From a bacterium (GTDB taxonomy: Bacteria; Bacteroidota; Bacteroidia; Bacteroidales; UBA3663): DNA of 64,000 nt. Below, one piece after another: positions 19,043 through 25,985 of the stretch. Each line of letters begins with the position of its first letter. The first letter of the stretch is position 1. The notes below the pieces were generated by a model that saw only the letters and a program-made list of their open reading frames with translations, was not told where the DNA came from and did no database searches. Position numbers and translations under genes: made by a program. The stretch spans positions 17,059 to 81,058 of the forward strand of contig CAVFPF010000063.1 of NCBI GenBank assembly GCA_963624265.1, given 5' to 3'.

Positions 19043-21565
19043 TCAGAAGTCTGAAGTCATATACTTTCGGCCATTGCGGATAGAGATAGGCGCGCCGAAT
19101 GCCGTCTTGCGGCCCATAAGGTCATAGACCGGAAGCATCGGATAAGCAGCGCGGTCTTCGATGCGGTCAATGCTCGAGCCGTCCTGGCCGTCAATGGAGA
19201 GTTTAGGGCTGACATCAGACAACGCTCCGTGTTCGCCGACGCTCTGTATCTGTACTACGTCTCCTGCTTTGGCCTCATACCGGCAGTCGGTCGGGAAGGC
19301 CACGGGCTTGCCATTGACAAAGACAATATAGCAGACCACATATTTGTCGGCAGTCCACGTGACCGTCGTTCCAGACTTCATGACTATTGGAGTCGAAGGC
19401 TTGTCGACGAAGGTCTGAGGACTCCAGTAACCGGCTGCCGTTGTCGTTCCGTCGCCGGCAAAAACATTCGTTATGGTGTACTCTGCCGCCTCCTCATCAC
19501 TCAACTGACTCTTGGCCGTAGCATAAACGCGGTTGCCGGAGCTATCAGTATTATAGTAAGTGGTACGACTGACCGTGCTCAGTGCCTTTCCCTTGGCATT
19601 GTAGAAATCGTAGACCGCCCAGATAGCAGGCAGTCCGCCCATTGTAGCATACCACAGCGAGTCCATCGGGGTGAGGTCCATCTGAGTGTGCAGGAACACG
19701 GTCTTCGGATACTCGTGCCACGGACGGCCCAACCAGATAGAATAGCGCGACGGGTCAGCGACATCGTCGGTCGTGATGTGACAGTTGTTGAAGACATAAC
19801 CCCAGCGTGTCTCCTTCGGATGATTAGGCGCGACAATAAAGCCGCCACTCGAACGGCAGATATTGAGCAGACAGTTTTCAAACCACACATCACTCGAACC
19901 ATAGATGAAGTCGACAGCACCCTCTATCTCACACCCGTTCCAGAATGTGCGGTTGTAAGTACCACCATTGAAGTAAGTGTCTTGGTACGAACGCGCGCGT
20001 ACATTATTTAATATAGCACGGTCACCTTGTATGCAGAAAGACAAAGCTTGCGGGCCAGCCTGCTTCTTGACGGTCCAATTTTCGTTGTCGACAGTCAAAT
20101 TGCCCATATAGAAATCCGTACCGCCAGACATCACCTCGACAGTAGCACCGGCGCTGACATGATACCACGGACGGCTATGGTCATCCATGCTGCCGCACAA
20201 GCGGTCGGTGGCTATAATTACGCTGTCACGACTTTGACCGATAAGATGGATGTTGGGTTTGTTGATATGGATAAGGCGGCAACTGTCCAAATGATTGATG
20301 GCGCCATTCGAAAGTCGGGTTGTCTCTGTACCCGCTGACGTCGAAGGGTCGTTGTAATAGAACCCGTACCCGCCCGTAAAGCTAAAGTTCGGGTCACGAT
20401 AGTAACCGTTCTTGATGTAAATCAAATACGGTTCTGTGCAGTCAGACGGAGCGTCATCGATAGCGGCTTGAATGGAGCGGTACTGCGTGGGCATGTCGTC
20501 TGTGGCTGCGATGCGATAATCCTTGCCGCTTTCTGTTCCCTTGGCAAGCGACAACTGCGTCAACGAACCGTCGACAATGGCATTGAAAGTGCGTGCCGTT
20601 GGCACGGGACGCGACAAGACCGTGAAGCGGAAGTCGAGAGCCGAGGCCTTTTTGTCGCCGACGACAGAGACCACATACCCCTCAGGGATGTCGAGCCGAT
20701 AACTTGCGCCGTAGTCCAATCCCACATAGTTGAGGGTAAGCGCACGGCTACTCCAAACGGGCTGCAGAACGCGCACTGTGCCGTCGTCCGTATTGGTGAG
20801 CGTCACCGAGCCCTCGCCCTGCATGACACGTGCGTTGTAATTGACAATGATTTTGCCACTGCGCGTCAAGTCCTTGACTCCATTTTCCGGCGAGGTGGAA
20901 AGAATCTCAAGGGGCGCTTCGTCTGATGTGCCCATGACGGTGCCTGACACCACGACATTGGCCAAACCATGCGACTTGTCCGTGCCCAATCCATAGATGC
21001 TGAACTTGACTTTCAGCGGAGACTCTGCATCAGCCGCCAGACCGTTGATGTCATAACTGTATTGTGACAGATCGTTTTTCTTACCCGAACGGTTGGGCAC
21101 GAAGTCCCGTCCAAGGACGAGTTCGTCCGAACCGCAGCAGACCGAAACCTGCCACTTGCCGCCATCCGTGCCAAAACGGGCAGCATCGAAGGTCAGCTTT
21201 GTAGGGATAAAGACGCCGCCATTTGTCATACCTGTGGTGAAGGTCAGCGTATTGCCGGCAACGGGCGAAGAACTATTGCTACCGCCTGTTACGTTCTTGA
21301 TACTGGTGAAAGTAGCCGCCCCGGTCGCGCCGCTCCAGCTGGCCGTACCGTTGAAGCCCATCTCTGCCCCCAGCGTGATGGTGTCGCCAATAAAGTAAGC
21401 GTTGGCCTCATAGGGGTCATAGTCGGGCTTCTGTCCGGCAGTACCCTTGCCAAAGGTCCAAGTGACAGAGGCGTCGTTGATGGTCACGTTGTCGGCCAAA
21501 GCCTGCTGGCTCAGAGCGAAGAGACCCAAAAGGGTCGTCAATGTAAGTGTAATTTGACTTTTCAT
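19043..21565 (-). CDS. CE8 pectinesterase-family protein with an N-terminal beta-sandwich/Ig-like region and a T9SS C-terminal sorting tail
   Basis: The 840-aa ORF has a signal peptide. All the CE8 motifs are present: GYYRD, QALSF, YQDTYF, GAVDFIYG and LGRPW. The C-terminus VYDLMGRK...IRNGRKYM resembles a T9SS CTD. Confidence 0.8.
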   Translation of the reverse strand: MKSQITLTLTTLLGLFALSQQALADNVTINDASVTWTFGKGTAGQKPDYDPYEANAYFIGDTITLGAEMGFNGTASWSGATGAATFTSIKNVTGGSNSSSPVAGNTLTFTTGMTNGGVFIPTKLTFDAARFGTDGGKWQVSVCCGSDELVLGRDFVPNRSGKKNDLSQYSYDINGLAADAESPLKVKFSIYGLGTDKSHGLANVVVSGTVMGTSDEAPLEILSTSPENGVKDLTRSGKIIVNYNARVMQGEGSVTLTNTDDGTVRVLQPVWSSRALTLNYVGLDYGASYRLDIPEGYVVSVVGDKKASALDFRFTVLSRPVPTARTFNAIVDGSLTQLSLAKGTESGKDYRIAATDDMPTQYRSIQAAIDDAPSDCTEPYLIYIKNGYYRDPNFSFTGGYGFYYNDPSTSAGTETTRLSNGAINHLDSCRLIHINKPNIHLIGQSRDSVIIATDRLCGSMDDHSRPWYHVSAGATVEVMSGGTDFYMGNLTVDNENWTVKKQAGPQALSFCIQGDRAILNNVRARSYQDTYFNGGTYNRTFWNGCEIEGAVDFIYGSSDVWFENCLLNICRSSGGFIVAPNHPKETRWGYVFNNCHITTDDVADPSRYSIWLGRPWHEYPKTVFLHTQMDLTPMDSLWYATMGGLPAIWAVYDFYNAKGKALSTVSRTTYYNTDSSGNRVYATAKSQLSDEEAAEYTITNVFAGDGTTTAAGYWSPQTFVDKPSTPIVMKSGTTVTWTADKYVVCYIVFVNGKPVAFPTDCRYEAKAGDVVQIQSVGEHGALSDVSPKLSIDGQDGSSIDRIEDRAAYPMLPVYDLMGRKTAFGAPISIRNGRKYMTSDF

Positions 21566-21689
21566 TCAGTTAGTGAATTTAGGTTTATATCAGTCGTTAT
21601 GGTTCTTAAGGTCCTTTACCGCAAACGAGCAGAACGGCAAGTCTGCAACACACGCCCTTGCAAGGCAGCGCGCTTGCCTTCCGGCATCG

Positions 21690-21697
21690 CAAAGATA
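21690..21697 (-). promoter_or_regulatory. Candidate -7 box TATCTTTG for the 19043-21565 gene
   Basis: The plus strand reads caaagata, about 125 nt upstream of the ATG. The hairpin aaggca/tgcctt lies in the predicted leader. Confidence 0.4.
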
Positions 21698-21760
21698 ACC
21701 ATAATATTTATACTATAAGTCATTCGGTCGAAAAAAGGCCACAATTTGCCCCAAAAATTT

Positions 21761-21826
21761 GCCAACTGGAAAATTATTGTCGGTTAACTGGAAAAATTAT
21801 TTTTCTCAACTAACCGGATTATGAAG
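21761..21826. repeat. Three 22-bp phased units carrying an AACTGG core
   Basis: The units are gCCAACTGGaaaatt (core at 21764), gTTAACTGGaaaaatt (core at 21786) and cTCAACTAAcc (core at 21808). The AACT register repeats every 22 bp. Confidence 0.7.
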
Positions 21827-21901
21827 CCGAATTTGCCAGAAATCGAAACCGAATCTGTTGCCTGTTGCAGTATACAAGAACCCTGTCGAAATACGGACAA
21901 T

Positions 21902-21970
21902 GAAAAAAAGAAAAAGAACGGGAAGAAGAGAGGGAGTGGAATCGTCTGTCAAGGCGAGCCCCTCCTTCTT
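21902..21970 (-). terminator. Rho-independent terminator of the 22007-25390 gene
   Basis: On the minus strand, aagaaggagggg...ctccctctcttctt forms an imperfect stem followed by cccgttctttttcttttttt. Confidence 0.5.
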
Positions 21971-22006
21971 GATGTATTTATAATCTTGCCCAGTTAGGCT
22001 GACTTA

Positions 22007-25000
22007 TCATTTGAAAGCCTTGCGGCCATTGACAATCATAAATCCGCGACCGTTGGCGTTAGCCTTACGTCCCAGCAAATCGTAGCAATCGCCGGCTGCG
22101 GCAGAGGCTGCCTTAACCAAGTCGATACCTGAAGCCGAATTGAGGCTGACGGCTACCGTCTTGTTGCTCAGGCCTCCGAATTCGTTGGCAGCACGCACGG
22201 TGTACTTGCTGTCGGCATCGGCAGGCGTAAAGCTCCGCTCAGTCGTGATGGCAGCCACCTCACCGACTTCGTTCTCGACCACATAGCAGATGGCATACGG
22301 TACAGCAGGCCAAACGAGAGCTCCCTCGGAAGCCGACACCTTAGGTGTGGCGCAAGCCGTCGTGATGAGAGCGGGATTCCAGGCATCGCTGCCGGTCAGC
22401 ATGTTCTTGAGTGTGTAGCTGGCGGCTTCGGCGTCTGACAGGCTCACCTGCACATCTTTGACTGTGTCGGTACTGTTGTAGTAGGTGGTCTGACGCTTGG
22501 AAGTGTCGACCAAATTGCCGGCAGCGTCGCGGGTGTTGTAGTCGGCATAGAGGGCCGGCAGACCGCCCATCGTCTCATACCATCCCTCCGGATAGATGTT
22601 GACAGCTGTTGTGGTGTTGATAAACACTACCTGCGGGTTGCTGTGCCAAGGACGGCCGAAGTATACCGATACGCTGGCCGGGTCAAACGTAGTCGAGGTG
22701 ATGTAGTTGTTGACAAAAGCATAGCCCCATGTGGTCGTTGCGCTGTGTTCGGCAGCGGTGATATAACCTCCATCCTTGCGGTTTATGTCGAGCGTGTCGT
22801 TCTCAAAGAGTACATTGCCCTTGCCGTAGATGAAATCTACTGCACCCGTGATGTACGAATCCTTGGCATAGTGGCGGTAGTTGTCGGTCGAAGTGGTGAG
22901 CCAAGTATCTTGGTAAGAATGCAGGCCGACCTTGTTGATGATGAAGCGGTCGCAGTTCGAACGGAGAGCCAAGGCCTGCGGTCCGACCTTGAAGTCACGT
23001 CCCCAGCTGTTGGAGAGACTGACGCCCTCAAACATCACATTGGCAGCGGTCACGAGTACAGAAGCGCCATCCATACCGCTGTTGGGCTTGGCATTGGGCT
23101 CGACAGCCTCCGGATTGTCTGTATCACCAGAGAGTTGGTTGTAGTAGATGTCGACCACATCGCGGCCTTGACCGATGATGTGCATATAAGGCTTGGAGAT
23201 GGCCAGGTGCTCATAGTACTTGCCTGCCTTGACAAAAATCAAGTAGGGTTCAGTGGCCGAAGCAGGAGCGGCATCGACAGCCTCCTGAATAGTCAAATAG
23301 TCGCCCGAACCATCGGCAGCCACAACGGCGTCATAGAGACGCGGAGCCGGCTGGGTGCGCTCTTCGGTTGTAAAGTTGATGTTGATGGCCTCGGCATACT
23401 TGTTGCCGCTGAGGTCCTTGATGGAGTTGGCGGGCACAGTAAACGTATAGTCTGTTGCATAGTCGAGCAATGTGTAGGCAAACAGCATAGAGTTGCCGGC
23501 CACTTTGGCCTTAATCTTCTCGCCATTGAGCGTAGCGTAAGCACCGTTGGCCATCTGTACCTTCTCGTCGAAGGTGAGGATAACAGAACCGGTGATGGCT
23601 GCGCCCGTCCCCTGGTTGGCAGGGATGCTGGCTTCGAGCTTCGGCGCGGCAACATCGCCAGCCGGAACTCCGGAAGCAGAAACATAGAAGGCACGCATGC
23701 AGAACTCCTCATAAGAGTTCTCGGTCAGTGTGGCAGCATCCTCCGGATGGCTTACGCGCACATATACATTCTCCTGGTCGTTGCATTCGGCAGGAAGAGT
23801 TACCTCGTGGTTGGTCCAATGGTTAACACTCATGACGGCATTGTCACCGACCTTCTTCCAGTTCTCGTTGTCAAGGCTGTACTCGAGGAAGTAGAAGTTC
23901 CATGCGCCCCACGAACCGGCGCCAATCGAGGCATAGATGCCGATATTGCTGCAGCCCTTTGTGCTGAAGTGGGCCTGGAAGTAGTGGTTGGAAGCGAAAG
24001 TCTTGTTGACGCGCACACAAGAGGCACCGTTGTAGGTCGTCACACTTGCATCATACCACTTGCCGCTGGCAGTCTTGCCGTCGGTAGTCAACATCAGCGT
24101 GCTCTCCTGATTGTATTCGTTGCCTGCAGCAGCGACATAGTCATTGCCACCGGGCTGCGTGAAATCCCAACCTACGATATAGTTGCCAGACATTCCGAAA
24201 TTGGCAACCACATCAGTAGCTCCCGTGATGTTGACACGGCGCACAAGCGAAGTCGAACCGTTGTCCCAATAGAGGAAGTTCATCAAGTCAGTCGAATTGG
24301 CGGTTAGGGTAACGGTCGTACCATCCTCGTAATAGGTCACGCTGTCCTTCTCGCCGGGGTCTTTGGTCGAAGTCGTTGTGACCATATAGTCCTTGGCGTT
24401 TTTGATAGTCAATGAGAACGGATAGACGGAAGCCTCCTTATAGACGGCGGTGAGGTTGACGTCAGAGGTCATAACCACCTTGCAGGGATTCTCTGTCGAT
24501 ACGGTGTTGCCGGCAGCATCGACCCATTTGTCAAACTTGTAGCCCAAGTTCTCGTTGGCGGTCAAAGACACCTCTGTGCTGTCGATGAATTCCACGCCGT
24601 TGGGAGTATTGGTCACCGAACCGGCTGTTTCTGGCGAAACGGCAATGGTCAGCGTGTGCATCTTGAAGTCTCCGTCAGACTCTATACCCGTGATTTTGCA
24701 CTGATTGAGATAACGGGTCCAAGTCTGCTGCGACTCCGGGAAGTCGATCAGACGGACCTTGACGCTCCACTCGTTGGAAGGCAGTGTAACATCGTAGTTG
24801 GTCCACTGTCCGTTAGTGGCGGCAACTTTCTGCACGAAAGTCCAAGTCTCGCCTTCATCAAGAGAATAAACGACGTGGAAGTAACAGTCGTTCATATTAC
24901 TCTTCACGCTGAAGTTCATGTTGACGGCCACAAATCCGTCGGTCGAGAGATTAAACTCGAAGTAGTTGTTGTAGCTGTCGATGTTGGCCTTCGAGTAGGG

Positions 25001-25390
25001 ATCGGTTGCGGCAAGGTTGTTCATGTTGCCGACATTCCAATAGAGGTGGTTGCTTGCATCAAGAGTCCAGGTGTGGCTGGTCTTGATCTGCAGGTTGCAG
25101 GCATCGGCCGAACCCGTGTAATCGTTGGGGTAGAAAATCGGCTTCAGGTTGTTCCACCAGGTTCCGCCCTGCTTGGTTGAGAATGCCACACCGCTTTGAG
25201 GTGTATAGGTCGAGTAGTTGGGTTTCTCCTCGTCCTCAACGGCCTCGACCGTATACTCTTGCGAGAAGTTCCACTCGGCGATTGTGACGCGCTTCACTTC
25301 TTCGGCAGCATAAAGGCCGAAACCGGAAGTCAACGCCAAAACTCCTGCCACAAGACTTGTGCGCAAAGAGCTAATGTAATGCTTGTTCAT
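22007..25390 (-). CDS. Large CE8 pectinesterase-family protein with two N-terminal beta-sandwich modules, an InlB-B-repeat-like segment, an Ig-like domain and a T9SS C-terminal tail
   Basis: The 1127-aa ORF has a signal peptide. The CE8 motifs are GKYYE, QALAL, YQDTWL, GAVDFIYG and FGRPW. The C-terminus is CYDLLGRKANANGRGFMIVNGRKAFK. An internal segment (LGYKFDKWVDAAGNTV...LTAVYKE) resembles the Listeria-Bacteroides repeat. Confidence 0.8.
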   Translation of the reverse strand: MNKHYISSLRTSLVAGVLALTSGFGLYAAEEVKRVTIAEWNFSQEYTVEAVEDEEKPNYSTYTPQSGVAFSTKQGGTWWNNLKPIFYPNDYTGSADACNLQIKTSHTWTLDASNHLYWNVGNMNNLAATDPYSKANIDSYNNYFEFNLSTDGFVAVNMNFSVKSNMNDCYFHVVYSLDEGETWTFVQKVAATNGQWTNYDVTLPSNEWSVKVRLIDFPESQQTWTRYLNQCKITGIESDGDFKMHTLTIAVSPETAGSVTNTPNGVEFIDSTEVSLTANENLGYKFDKWVDAAGNTVSTENPCKVVMTSDVNLTAVYKEASVYPFSLTIKNAKDYMVTTTSTKDPGEKDSVTYYEDGTTVTLTANSTDLMNFLYWDNGSTSLVRRVNITGATDVVANFGMSGNYIVGWDFTQPGGNDYVAAAGNEYNQESTLMLTTDGKTASGKWYDASVTTYNGASCVRVNKTFASNHYFQAHFSTKGCSNIGIYASIGAGSWGAWNFYFLEYSLDNENWKKVGDNAVMSVNHWTNHEVTLPAECNDQENVYVRVSHPEDAATLTENSYEEFCMRAFYVSASGVPAGDVAAPKLEASIPANQGTGAAITGSVILTFDEKVQMANGAYATLNGEKIKAKVAGNSMLFAYTLLDYATDYTFTVPANSIKDLSGNKYAEAININFTTEERTQPAPRLYDAVVAADGSGDYLTIQEAVDAAPASATEPYLIFVKAGKYYEHLAISKPYMHIIGQGRDVVDIYYNQLSGDTDNPEAVEPNAKPNSGMDGASVLVTAANVMFEGVSLSNSWGRDFKVGPQALALRSNCDRFIINKVGLHSYQDTWLTTSTDNYRHYAKDSYITGAVDFIYGKGNVLFENDTLDINRKDGGYITAAEHSATTTWGYAFVNNYITSTTFDPASVSVYFGRPWHSNPQVVFINTTTAVNIYPEGWYETMGGLPALYADYNTRDAAGNLVDTSKRQTTYYNSTDTVKDVQVSLSDAEAASYTLKNMLTGSDAWNPALITTACATPKVSASEGALVWPAVPYAICYVVENEVGEVAAITTERSFTPADADSKYTVRAANEFGGLSNKTVAVSLNSASGIDLVKAASAAAGDCYDLLGRKANANGRGFMIVNGRKAFK

Positions 25391-25471
25391 TATGAAATGG
25401 ATGTTTTTAAGGTGAATAATATGGTTAGACTAGTTTGTTTGCAATTTTATTTGCAATGCGGATTGCAAGCG

Positions 25472-25479
25472 CAAAGGTA
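25472..25479 (-). promoter_or_regulatory. Candidate -7 box TACCTTTG for the 22007-25390 gene
   Basis: The plus strand reads caaaggta, about 82 nt upstream of the ATG. A second candidate, caaatata, is at about 25513. Confidence 0.4.
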
Positions 25480-25657
25480 TTCTGTTTTTTTTGTGCAGGC
25501 AGGAGAAAAAAGTGCAAATATAGGAGAAGTGTGAGAGGATTTTCGTACGGATATTGGGTGATTTTTGTACGAAACCCGGCTCACAACGCACGCAAAAGAG
25601 GCTTCCGGGTAGTGCTCGTCAGCTCTCAACCCAATACAAGTACGGCAGATTATCATC

Positions 25658-25811
25658 AGTCATCGAGTCAGTACCTTCTGTTGAGGATTCCAGTAGCGAA
25701 CGTTGAGGACTCCAGTACCGAACATTGAGGACTACAGTACCAACTATAGAGGACTCCGGCACCAACTGTTGGTTGCAGAAGAACTTTCTATAGAGTACGG
25801 CAGCACTCACA
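25658..25811. repeat. Tandem array of a 22-bp unit: four good copies plus degenerate flanking copies
   Basis: The good units are 25680 gttgaggattccagtagcgaac, 25702 gttgaggactccagtaccgaac, 25724 attgaggactacagtaccaact and 25746 atagaggactccggcaccaact. Degenerate units follow at 25768 and 25790. The array is flanked by agtacggcag at 25639 and 25795. Confidence 0.85.
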
Positions 25812-25985
25812 AGGGAAGCTCCGGCACAAGAAACATAGGAATGGGATGAAAGAAACGCGACTTTTAGCGAAAAGAAACGTAACTTTGTGTGAAGAGAAAC
25901 GGGGGCTCTTACACAAAGCTACGTAGAGAATCGATGTCGGGAGGAATCCGTAAAGCAGACGATGCGGACAGAATGGACCAATCCG

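Noticed and set aside
22643-24307. A 554-aa plus-strand ORF inside the large CE8 gene.
   Set aside because: It is an antisense shadow ORF. It is Val/Gly/Arg/Asp-rich and has no start context, promoter box or domain signature.
25619-25810. A 63-aa minus-strand ORF covering the 22-bp repeat array.
   Set aside because: The repeat period is 22, not a multiple of 3, and the translation shows no periodicity. The DNA repeat explains the open frame better than coding does.
25658-25811. Reading the tandem array as CRISPR-like.
   Set aside because: The units are directly adjacent with no unique spacers, the unit is only 22 bp, and no cas genes are present in the window.
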